This document shows, piece by piece, positions 1 to 7,723 of a stretch of 64,000 nucleotides of DNA. How positions within the stretch are numbered: the stretch's first letter is position 1; the number at the start of each line of letters is the position of its first letter. The stretch is from Candidatus Dormibacteria bacterium. Its GTDB lineage: Bacteria; Chloroflexota; Dormibacteria; Aeolococcales; Aeolococcaceae. The notes under the pieces are model-generated. The model saw nothing but the letters and a program-made list of their open reading frames with translations. It was not told the origin of the DNA and did not search any database. The DNA lies in NCBI GenBank assembly GCA_049521435.1, contig JBEKOU010000006.1:10943-74942 (forward strand), written 5' to 3'. Both the position numbers and the translations under genes were made by a program.

Positions 1-331
1 ACCACTGGCGACGCGGCACGCCCTGGGTCCAGGCGAGGAGATAGCCGTTCCCCTCAAACTCGCGGCTGATCGTCGTCGCACCCACGGTGCCGAGCAGGGT
101 CGGAAACAGAAGGCCCCCCAGGACGATCCAGGACCAGGCCGAGGTGCTGAGCTGCGGGAGGAGTGCCACGCACGATTGGTCTGCGCCGGACGTCGTGCAG
201 CGCTGCGCGCCATCCGGGTAGAGGTGCGGCAGGAGAACGAGACAGAGGATCACGCCAACGCCCAGCGCGACGAGGAGCGCGCCGGCGGTCACCGCGTGCC
301 CGCGGTGCTGCCGCCAGGTGAGCCAGGCCAT
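1..331 (-). CDS. ABC-2-type transporter permease, partial (continues beyond window start)
   Basis: Absent from ORF track because it is open to the window edge. My minus-strand translation from ATG 331..329 gives MAWLTWRQHRGHAVTAGALLVALGVGVILCLVLL...TISREFEGNGYLLAWTQGVPRRQW with no stop. It has a hydrophobic N-terminal helix and a REFE..G..LAWTQ motif typical of ABC-2 permeases. ATGA overlap with the upstream ATPase stop. Confidence 0.6.
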   Translation of the reverse strand, partial: MAWLTWRQHRGHAVTAGALLVALGVGVILCLVLLPHLYPDGAQRCTTSGADQSCVALLPQLSTSAWSWIVLGGLLFPTLLGTVGATTISREFEGNGYLLAWTQGVPRRQW

Positions 332-1230
332 CAGGAGGCCGCCTCGACGAGCGTGGGCGGCGGCGGCGCCCCGGCGGCGGGGTTCGCAAGGTAGGCGAGC
401 ACCAGCTCCTCCAGCGACACCGGCTCCGAGCGCCAGCCGGCGGGTGGCGTCGCCCCGTCGCGCCGGACCAGGAGTGCCGTCTCGCGGCCGGCGTGGCGGG
501 CCGAGACGACCGCCGGGTCCGCGGCCGCGACCGCCGGGTCCATCCGTGGACCCACCAGCAGCCGGTGCTGCTCACGCAGGGCGTCGATGTCGCCGGCCAG
601 CTGCACCCGGCCCTGGGAGAGGATGACCAGGTGGTCGCAGACGCGCTCGACGTCGGCGATCAGGTGGGAGGAGAGCAGGACGGTGGTGCCGTCGGCGGCC
701 ACCGTTTCGACCAGCTCGGTGAGCAGCTCGCGCCGGGCCAGGGGGTCGAGCGCCGCGGCCGGCTCATCGAGCAGGAGCAGCTCGGGTCGCTTCCCCAGGG
801 CGAGGGCCAGGCTGACCTGCGCCCGCTGCCCGCCCGAGAGGTCGCGGACCCGGCGGTCGACGGGGATGCCGCGGCGGAGCAGCCGGGAGCGGGTCGCGGC
901 CTCGTCCCACCTCGGGTTGAGCGCCCTGCCCATGTGAAGCGTCTCGCCGACCGTGAAGTCCGGGTAGAGGGGGCGTTCCTGGGGCACGTAGCCGACTCGC
1001 TCCAGGACCCGTTCGGGCTGGCGTTGGGGATCCCACCCCAGGGTCTCGATCGCGCCGGCGCTTGGAGCCAGCAGGCCGATGGCGAGGTTGAGCAGGGTGG
1101 TCTTGCCGGCACCGTTGGGACCGACCAGGGCGGTGATGTGGCCGGCGGGCACCTGGACGGAGCAGTCGCGGAGCGCCCACACCCGGTGGAAGCGCTTGCT
1201 GAGCGCGGTGGCCTCGAGGGCGGCGGTCAT
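331..1230 (-). CDS. ABC transporter ATP-binding protein
   Basis: Walker A GPNGAGKTT, signature LSGGQRAQ, Walker B LLLLDEP. Start trimmed to MTAALEATALSKRF (ATG 1230..1228), which overlaps the GntR stop (ATGA). Confidence 0.9.
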   Translation of the reverse strand: MTAALEATALSKRFHRVWALRDCSVQVPAGHITALVGPNGAGKTTLLNLAIGLLAPSAGAIETLGWDPQRQPERVLERVGYVPQERPLYPDFTVGETLHMGRALNPRWDEAATRSRLLRRGIPVDRRVRDLSGGQRAQVSLALALGKRPELLLLDEPAAALDPLARRELLTELVETVAADGTTVLLSSHLIADVERVCDHLVILSQGRVQLAGDIDALREQHRLLVGPRMDPAVAAADPAVVSARHAGRETALLVRRDGATPPAGWRSEPVSLEELVLAYLANPAAGAPPPPTLVEAAS

Positions 1231-1622
1231 GCGACGTCCGCCCCGTAGGCGTCGAGGACAGCCGAGTCGATGAGCGACCAGACGGCCTCCTCGCTGAGAC
1301 CCGCCGCCCGGGCCCGCTCCAGCCACGCGTCCAACCCGGGGCGCAGGCTGCGCTGCACCCCGGGCGGCACCGGCGCGGGCGCCGAGTCCGCGATGAAGGT
1401 GCCGAGCCCGGCCCGGCTGCGGACCACGCCCTCGCGCTCCAGCTCCCCGTACGCCTTGAGGACGGTGTTGGGGTTGATGGCGAGCGCCGCCACCACCTCG
1501 CGGGCGGCCGGGAGCCGGTCCCCGGGCGTGAGCACCCCGCGCAGCACGGCCCGCCGCACCTGGCGCACCAGCTGCGCGTAGGCGGGCATGGCCGAGCCGG
1601 TGTCGAGCCGCAGGTGGATCAA
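1227..1622 (-). CDS. GntR-family transcriptional regulator, YtrA-like subfamily
   Basis: wHTH segment LPAAREVVAALAINPNTVLKAYGELEREGVVRSRAGLGTFIA. TTG start at 1622 gives (M)IHLRLDTGSAMPAYAQL, which aligns with the B. subtilis YtrA N-terminus MIQIDPRSSTPIYEQI. Alternative ATG at 1589. Confidence 0.8.
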   Translation of the reverse strand: MIHLRLDTGSAMPAYAQLVRQVRRAVLRGVLTPGDRLPAAREVVAALAINPNTVLKAYGELEREGVVRSRAGLGTFIADSAPAPVPPGVQRSLRPGLDAWLERARAAGLSEEAVWSLIDSAVLDAYGADVA

Positions 1623-1643
1623 TTCACTAGCTCCATAGTGAAT
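1622..1643. promoter_or_regulatory. Perfect inverted repeat ATTCACTA-N6-TAGTGAAT, candidate GntR/YtrA autoregulatory operator
   Basis: Read directly: attcacta gctcca tagtgaat. It abuts the proposed TTG start of the GntR gene in the GntR/rpe divergent region. Confidence 0.5.
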
Positions 1644-1747
1644 GCGACAATAGGCGGGCGGCGGCTGCGCTGTCAAGCACCCGCGGGGAGCGCCGGCCGC
1701 CGCCGGCCAGGGCACCGCACCAGCACCACCTCGCACGCCGGTTCGCG

Positions 1748-1753
1748 TACTCT
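1748..1753 (+). promoter_or_regulatory. -10-like box TACTCT, 6 nt upstream of rpe ATG (leaderless layout)
   Basis: tactct gcggcc ATG at 1760; no Shine-Dalgarno possible. Confidence 0.5.
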
Positions 1754-1759
1754 GCGGCC

Positions 1760-2455
1760 ATGCCCCGCACGTGGCCGCGATGCATCAACGGTGTGGTGAT
1801 CGCCCCCTCGCTGCTCGCCGCCGACTTTGGCCGGCTCGCCGAGGCGGTGCACGCCCTGGAGGGGGGCGGCGCCGACCGCCTCCACATCGACGTCATGGAC
1901 GGCGCCTTCGTGCCCAATTTCACCTTCGGGACCGACACCCTCCGGGCGCTGCGGGGAGTGACGGATCTCCCGTTCGAGGTCCACCTGATGGTCCGCGAGC
2001 CCGATCGGCACCTGCGCACCTTCGCCGAGGCCGGCGCCGACGCCATGACGGTGCATTGGGAGGCCTGCCCACACCTCCACCGGACGCTGGTCAACATCCG
2101 CGACCTCGGCTGCCGCGCCGGCGGGGCGATCAACGTGAGCACCCCGGCGCAGAACCTCTACGACGTGCTGGACGTGATGGATCTGGCCCTGGTGATGACC
2201 GTTGACCCCGGCTTCGGCGGCCAGTCCCTGATCCCCCGCGCCCTGGCCAAGGTCAGCGAGCTCCGCCGCGAGATCGACGCCCAGGGGGTGGCGGTGGAGC
2301 TCGAGGTCGACGGTGGCGTCGACGCCGCCAACGCCGCCCTCTGCGCCAGGGCCGGTGCCACCGTCCTGGTCGCCGGCACGTCGGTCTTCCACCACCCCAC
2401 GGGCCCCGCGCGCGGGGTTCGCCGGCTGCTCGAGGTCACGGCACCGCGCGTCTGA
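1760..2455 (+). CDS. rpe: Ribulose-phosphate 3-epimerase
   Basis: IAPSLLAADFGRLAEAV...ADRLHIDVMDGAFVPNFTFG...VMTVDPGFGGQ motifs. Confidence 0.9.
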   Translation: MPRTWPRCINGVVIAPSLLAADFGRLAEAVHALEGGGADRLHIDVMDGAFVPNFTFGTDTLRALRGVTDLPFEVHLMVREPDRHLRTFAEAGADAMTVHWEACPHLHRTLVNIRDLGCRAGGAINVSTPAQNLYDVLDVMDLALVMTVDPGFGGQSLIPRALAKVSELRREIDAQGVAVELEVDGGVDAANAALCARAGATVLVAGTSVFHHPTGPARGVRRLLEVTAPRV

Positions 2456-2489
2456 CCGAAACGTGGGGCGCGGGCCGGCCGGCAGGCTC

Positions 2490-4247
2490 TCAGGCGTCCG
2501 GGAGGGCGCCGGGATCGACGTCGTACCAGACGACCACACCGCCCACCGACTGGCCGGGGCTGCCCAGCAGCTCCGTGAAGAGGCGCGCCACCCCCGCCTG
2601 ATCGCCCTCCGGGCCCACCACGACGCTCCCCACGTCGAGGGTCTGAAGCTCGGCCACGTACGCGCTGCGCTCCGCTGCGGTCAGCGCAGCCGGGACGGGT
2701 CGCCCGTCGTCGCCGACCTGGTGGATCTCCGTGCCCAGGGCGCCCAGGTTGGTGCCCCATTGCCAGCCGCCGGGGCCCGGTGTGAACACCGGCCCGGTGG
2801 CGCTCCGGAACGACATCGCCGACACCGCCTGCCAGAGGCTCGACTGGTAGCCGGGGGATGAGGTCAGCAGCACCGAGCCCGTCGTCGAGAGGCGGTGCAC
2901 GTCCGCGCCCGAGAAGAACGGGGGAACGCTCCAGCGCTCGGACGGGAAGGGGAGTGACGGCAGCAGGGGGAGCAGGGCGACCACCGTCGCGAGGATGCCC
3001 GCCACCCGCCAGCGGGTGCGGGGAGAGAGCAGCACGCGGTCGAGGAACACCGCCAGAAGAAGGGCGAGCGCGAGGTAGCCGAAGAGCATCACCCGGATCG
3101 GGAGGATGTTGTTGAGGGCGGGGATGCCGTCGATCACCCGCCAGGGCAGCCATACAGAGGTGGTGTGACCGTCGGTCAGGTGGAGGAATCCTCCGAGGGA
3201 GAAGACGACGGCGCAGGTCAGCGTCACCGCCGCCACCACCACCACGGTCCGGCGCCACAGCCAGACGATGGCCGCCACGGTGAGCAGGAGCAGCGGAAGA
3301 CCGATGTAGACGCTGGAGTCTCCGAGCAGCGAGCGGTGCCCGACGCCGAGCAGCTGGACGCTGGTGGGGACGATGAAACGCTCCAGCGTGGCCACGTAGT
3401 AGTTGAGGTACCAGACCGGTCCGCGGACCCGCTGGGGCCCGAGGAGCTGCACGTAGAGGGGATATCCGGCGAGCGTGAGAAAGCTGAGGAGGGCAGGTCC
3501 GGCCACCCGCAGGACGTAGCCGAGGCGCCGGCGGATCTCGACGCGGTGGATCACGCCGAGGGCGATCAGGGCGGGCACGGCCATGATGACGGTCATCCCC
3601 AGGATCTCCTCGGAGGTCATCAGCTGCGCCGCGGTGGCGGCGCCGAGCAGCAGTCCGAGGAGCCACGACCGGCAACGCTGCCGCACCAGGATCTCATCGG
3701 CAAAGACCACCATCAGCGCCGGGTAGAAGGCCACGATGAGAAAGGGGTGCCCGAGGCTCTGCGACACCATGTAGGGGCTGAAGCCGTACAGGAGGCCGCC
3801 GGCGCCCGCGGCCCACCACGACCGCGTGAAGCGGCGTGCCGCGAGATATCCGCACCACGCCGAGATGGCGAGCGCCATCACACAGAGGACGTTGTAGGCG
3901 GTGATCGGACCGAAGGCGATGGTGACCGGCGCCAGCACCAGGGCGGGGAAGACGATGGAGGTGTTCCACATCAGGTTGGCGCCCTGCGGGTAGTGGAGGT
4001 AGGTGGTCAGCAGCGGGTTGAGGTGGTGCCCGAGCGCAAAGGGGAGCCACTGCAGGTACCAGATGAAGAGGGGGGGATCGCCGTGAGCGCCCACGATCGT
4101 CCCGCCCCCGGTGAAGAGACCCTTCCAGAAGAGCGCGACCGTCAGCGCGGTGAAGACGCCCAGTGCCAGCGCCCCGAGGGCCACCGTGACGAGTCGCTCC
4201 GACCGCGGGGTCGGGGACGGCGACGGGGTGGGCGGCGGCGCCTCCAT
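2490..4247 (-). CDS. Large polytopic membrane protein, possible GT-C-fold glycosyltransferase
   Basis: 585 aa with many hydrophobic helices, N-terminal PLFIWYLQWLPFALGHHLNPLLTTYLHYPQGANLMWNTS, and a soluble C-terminal ~130 aa. Function is inference only. Confidence 0.7.
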   Translation of the reverse strand: MEAPPPTPSPSPTPRSERLVTVALGALALGVFTALTVALFWKGLFTGGGTIVGAHGDPPLFIWYLQWLPFALGHHLNPLLTTYLHYPQGANLMWNTSIVFPALVLAPVTIAFGPITAYNVLCVMALAISAWCGYLAARRFTRSWWAAGAGGLLYGFSPYMVSQSLGHPFLIVAFYPALMVVFADEILVRQRCRSWLLGLLLGAATAAQLMTSEEILGMTVIMAVPALIALGVIHRVEIRRRLGYVLRVAGPALLSFLTLAGYPLYVQLLGPQRVRGPVWYLNYYVATLERFIVPTSVQLLGVGHRSLLGDSSVYIGLPLLLLTVAAIVWLWRRTVVVVAAVTLTCAVVFSLGGFLHLTDGHTTSVWLPWRVIDGIPALNNILPIRVMLFGYLALALLLAVFLDRVLLSPRTRWRVAGILATVVALLPLLPSLPFPSERWSVPPFFSGADVHRLSTTGSVLLTSSPGYQSSLWQAVSAMSFRSATGPVFTPGPGGWQWGTNLGALGTEIHQVGDDGRPVPAALTAAERSAYVAELQTLDVGSVVVGPEGDQAGVARLFTELLGSPGQSVGGVVVWYDVDPGALPDA

Positions 4248-4255
4248 GGGCGGCG

Positions 4256-4261
4256 ATCCTA
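4256..4261 (-). promoter_or_regulatory. -10-like box TAGGAT, 8 nt upstream of ATG 4247
   Basis: Minus strand reads taggat cgccgccc ATG. Confidence 0.35.
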
Positions 4262-4280
4262 GCAGTGACTGCCCGACCCG

Positions 4281-6560
4281 CTAGCGAAGGTCGTACGCCT
4301 CCTCGACGTAGTCGAGGACCATCCGTGTCGCCGAGAACTGTGGGCCGATGCTCATCAGCGACCGCTTGACGATGGCGATCCAGCCATGGGGGATCCCGTC
4401 CGCGCCGCGGTCGTAGAAGAGCGGCACGACCTCGTTGTTGAGGACGTCGAAGAAGACCGCGGCGTCGCGCTGATCCTGCACGCTATCGTCGAAGGCGACG
4501 TCCCCGGGCAGCCCCCAGCCGTTGGTGAGGTCAAACCCCTCCGCCCACCAGCCGTCCAGGGTGGAGAGGTTGAGCCCGCCGTTCATGGCCGCCTTCATGC
4601 CGCTCGTGCCACTCGCCTCCAGCGGCGGACGGGGCAGATTGATCCAGAGGTCGCAGCCCCCCACCATCTGCAGGGCGATGGCGAGGTCGTAGTTGTCCAG
4701 GAAGGAGATCCGCTCGGCCGACCGGGGATCGCTCTTGAGGGCAAAGAGGCCCTGGGGGGAGCGCTTGCCCTCCTCGTCGCTGGGATGCGCCTTGCCAGCC
4801 ACCAGGAACTGGACCGGATGGATCGAGCCGTCGAGCACATCGCGGATCCGCTGGGGGTCCATGTAGAGCAGGTAGAGCCGTTTGTAGGTGGCGAGGCGCC
4901 GGGCGAAGCCGATGGTGAGCGCGTGCTCGGTGAGACCGCGCTCCGCCGCCTCCACGTACTCACGAGCGTCGCTGCGGTCGAGGCGGTTGGCGATGGTGCG
5001 GTCACGGGCCATCTCGACGAGCGCGGCGCGCTGGGCGTTGCGCACCTCCCACAGCTCCTCGTCGGGGATCCGCTCGACCGGCTTCCATGTCTTGGGATCG
5101 GAGGCCCGCGCAACCCACCCCTCGCCGAGGTACCGGTCCAGCAGGCGGCGCATCGGAGTGCCCATCCAGGTGGAGACGTGCACACCGTTGGTGACGTGGC
5201 TGATGGGGACGGTGTCGGCGGGCCGCTCGGGGAAGAGGGGCCGCCACATCTGGCGCGCCACCTCGCCGTGGCGCCGGCTGACCCCGTTGGCGAACCGGCT
5301 CATCTTGATCCCGAGCGGGGTCATCACGAACGGCTCGTGGGGGTTGTCCGGTTGGGTCCGCCCCAGCTGGAGGAAACCGGCTTCGTCGAGGCCAACCTGG
5401 GAGGGGAAGTCACCGAGGACTGATTGGACCTCTGAGACGTCGTACCCCTCGTTGCCCGCGGCCACCGGGGTGTGGGTGGTGAAGACCGTCCGCTCTCGAG
5501 CCAGCGCGAAGGCGGTCGAGCGATCGTGTCCGGCGAGCATCTCGGTGCGGGCCAGCTCCAGCGGGGCCAGCCCGCCGTGTCCCTCGTTGAGGTGGACGAT
5601 GCAGGGGTCGATCCCCATCGCCCGCAGGGCTCGCACCGACCCGATCCCGAGCAGCGCGTACTGGGCGAGCCGGATCGCGCGGTCGGCGACGTAGAGACGG
5701 CCGGTGATCCAGCGGTCGACGCGGCCGTTCTCCGGCCTTTCGGCGTCGAGGAGGTAGAGCGGTGTGCGGCCAACCTCCACGCGCCAGACCTGGACCACCA
5801 CCTCGCGACCGCGGAGGGGGATCGGGACGGTGAGCGGGACGCCGTCCGGCCCGAGCACCAGGGCGCCGGGGAGACGCTCGGGGTCGACCGGCCGCCAGTA
5901 CTCGACCTGATACCCACTCGCATCGGTGCGCTGCAGGAAGTACCCCTCACGGTAGAGGAGACCGACCCCGACCATCGGCAGGGCCAGGTCGGACGCCTCC
6001 TTGAGGATGTCCCCGGCCAGTACCCCGAGCCCCCCGGCGTAGATGGGCAGCGACCGATGGATCCCGAACTCGGCGCAGAGGAAGGCGACGGGATGCCGTT
6101 CGGATGCCCGGCTGGCCATCGGCGGACGGGCCAGCTCGGCGGTGAGCCGTCCGAGCATCGCCTCGGCGCGGGCGATCAGCCCGTCATCGTCGACCGCCCG
6201 CTGCAGCGCCTTCGAGGAGGTCTCGGTGAGGAGGCGGATCGGATTGCCGTTGCAGAGCTCCCAGCGCTGGGGGTCGATGACTTGGAAGAGGTCCTCGGCA
6301 TCGGGGTCCCAGGACCACAGGTAGTTGTAGGCGATCCGGGCAAAGGGGGCGAGCCGCACCGGGAGACGCTCCGCAAGCGCGTCGGCAGCGGACGCGACGT
6401 CGGCGCGGCCGTCGAGGGGCGGGGGCACCGCCGGCGAAGCCTGTTGCATCGGTGTGGCGATGGTATCAGCAGGGTGGACGAGCCCCATCCCCCCCGCAGC
6501 CCGTGACGCTTCGGTGCGGATTACCGCGTCCTCTTCACGGGTTGTTCGAAGAGCCACCAC
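4281..6560 (-). CDS. glgP: Alpha-glucan (glycogen/maltodextrin) phosphorylase, GlgP family
   Basis: IAYNYLWSWDP, FLCAEFGIHRSLPIYAGGLGVLAGD, EASGTSGMKAAMNG (PLP-Lys region). Start uncertain: GTG 6560, ATG 6488 or ATG 6449. Confidence 0.9.
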   Translation of the reverse strand: MVALRTTREEDAVIRTEASRAAGGMGLVHPADTIATPMQQASPAVPPPLDGRADVASAADALAERLPVRLAPFARIAYNYLWSWDPDAEDLFQVIDPQRWELCNGNPIRLLTETSSKALQRAVDDDGLIARAEAMLGRLTAELARPPMASRASERHPVAFLCAEFGIHRSLPIYAGGLGVLAGDILKEASDLALPMVGVGLLYREGYFLQRTDASGYQVEYWRPVDPERLPGALVLGPDGVPLTVPIPLRGREVVVQVWRVEVGRTPLYLLDAERPENGRVDRWITGRLYVADRAIRLAQYALLGIGSVRALRAMGIDPCIVHLNEGHGGLAPLELARTEMLAGHDRSTAFALARERTVFTTHTPVAAGNEGYDVSEVQSVLGDFPSQVGLDEAGFLQLGRTQPDNPHEPFVMTPLGIKMSRFANGVSRRHGEVARQMWRPLFPERPADTVPISHVTNGVHVSTWMGTPMRRLLDRYLGEGWVARASDPKTWKPVERIPDEELWEVRNAQRAALVEMARDRTIANRLDRSDAREYVEAAERGLTEHALTIGFARRLATYKRLYLLYMDPQRIRDVLDGSIHPVQFLVAGKAHPSDEEGKRSPQGLFALKSDPRSAERISFLDNYDLAIALQMVGGCDLWINLPRPPLEASGTSGMKAAMNGGLNLSTLDGWWAEGFDLTNGWGLPGDVAFDDSVQDQRDAAVFFDVLNNEVVPLFYDRGADGIPHGWIAIVKRSLMSIGPQFSATRMVLDYVEEAYDLR

Positions 6561-6610
6561 GACCCATGACAGGGGAATGATGCCGATGCGTCTGACCGGT
6601 GTAGTGCGTT

Positions 6611-6616
6611 TAGCCT
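6611..6616 (+). promoter_or_regulatory. -10-like box TAGCCT, 6 nt upstream of GTG 6623 (leaderless layout)
   Basis: tagcct aggagc GTG. Confidence 0.45.
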
Positions 6617-6622
6617 AGGAGC

Positions 6623-7636
6623 GTGCAACCTGAGATCGCTTCCCTGAACCGGCGCGTCCCGCTCTCCGTGGTCGACGCCGCCGACGTGGACTTCATCCCC
6701 GAGGGGGGGGCGAAGTGGGCCGACACTCTCGCGGAGGCGGCGCTCCAGCTGGTGCGATCGGCCAGCGAGGGGGAGGTGGCGGCCGCGATCCGCACCGCGG
6801 CAGCCGCGCTGGCACCGGGCAGCCCCGTCCGGGTCGCCTCCTCCGGTCCCGGCGGCTGGCACCTGATCCTCACCGAGGAGAGCGAGGCCGAGGCGGTCCT
6901 GCGCATCCCGCTCCGGGCCGGCTGCACCCTCCTCGGCGAGCTGACCGTACTCGGCCCGGTGCCCCTCCCGGCGAGCCAGGCGAGCGTCATCGCCGAGCTC
7001 GCCTCCCACGCCGCCCTGGCCCTCGCCCGACTGGAATACGGCCAGCTGATCAGCGGCGTCACCCCGGACCAGAACGATCCGGACATCTTCGCGGCCACCT
7101 CCTTCCGCGATCCCCTCACCAACCTCCCGAGCCGGATGCTCTTCCACGATCGCGTGGAGCACGCCCTCCACCGCCGGACCAGGCACGTCCACCCAGTCGC
7201 GGTGATGGTCATCGACCTGGCTGGCTCCATCACGGCCGTCAAGGAGGGGATGGGGGACGAGGCGGGCGACCGGTTGATGGTCCAGGTCGCCAAGCGGCTC
7301 CAGCGCCTGGTCCGTTCGGCCGACACCCTCGCCCGTCTCCGCGACGACCAGCTGGGCGCCCTCCTCGACGACCTCGACAGCGCCGCCGACGCCGGCCTCG
7401 TCGCCGAGCGGCTGCTCGGAGCGCTGTCCACACCCTTTGTTCTGGAGAGCGATCTCCCCATCTCCCTGCAGGCCCACATTGGCATCGCGGTCAACTCTGG
7501 CGCCGCGGAGTCCGCGGTCGAGCTGCTCCACAAGGCGGAGAAGACGGCACAGGCCGCGCGGTCCCGCGGGATCGGCTTCGAGGCCAACCCGGGCCGGCCC
7601 CGGGTCCACGTGAAGGCGCGGTCCGCCCGCTCTTAG
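6623..7636 (+). CDS. GAF-like plus degenerate GGDEF domain protein
   Basis: FRDPLTNLPSRMLFHDRVEHAL then VMVIDLAGSITAVKEGMGDEAGD...LARLRDDQLGALL. The GG(D/E)EF position reads RDDQL. The N-terminal half is GAF-like (LGELTVLGP...IAELASHAALALAR). Confidence 0.8.
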   Translation: MQPEIASLNRRVPLSVVDAADVDFIPEGGAKWADTLAEAALQLVRSASEGEVAAAIRTAAAALAPGSPVRVASSGPGGWHLILTEESEAEAVLRIPLRAGCTLLGELTVLGPVPLPASQASVIAELASHAALALARLEYGQLISGVTPDQNDPDIFAATSFRDPLTNLPSRMLFHDRVEHALHRRTRHVHPVAVMVIDLAGSITAVKEGMGDEAGDRLMVQVAKRLQRLVRSADTLARLRDDQLGALLDDLDSAADAGLVAERLLGALSTPFVLESDLPISLQAHIGIAVNSGAAESAVELLHKAEKTAQAARSRGIGFEANPGRPRVHVKARSARS

Positions 7637-7723
7637 CAGGGTGCCGGACCCGGGCTGGGCGCCGTCCCGCTCGACGCCAAGTCGAGTAGTCTCTCGGGAG
7701 GGGGTGATCGAGAAGCCCCTCGC

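Noticed and set aside
54-575. 173-aa minus-strand ORF and overlapping plus-strand ORFs at the left edge
   Set aside because: They are out of frame with the ABC ATPase (clear Walker motifs) and with the edge-open permease frame, and their composition is Arg/Pro-rich.
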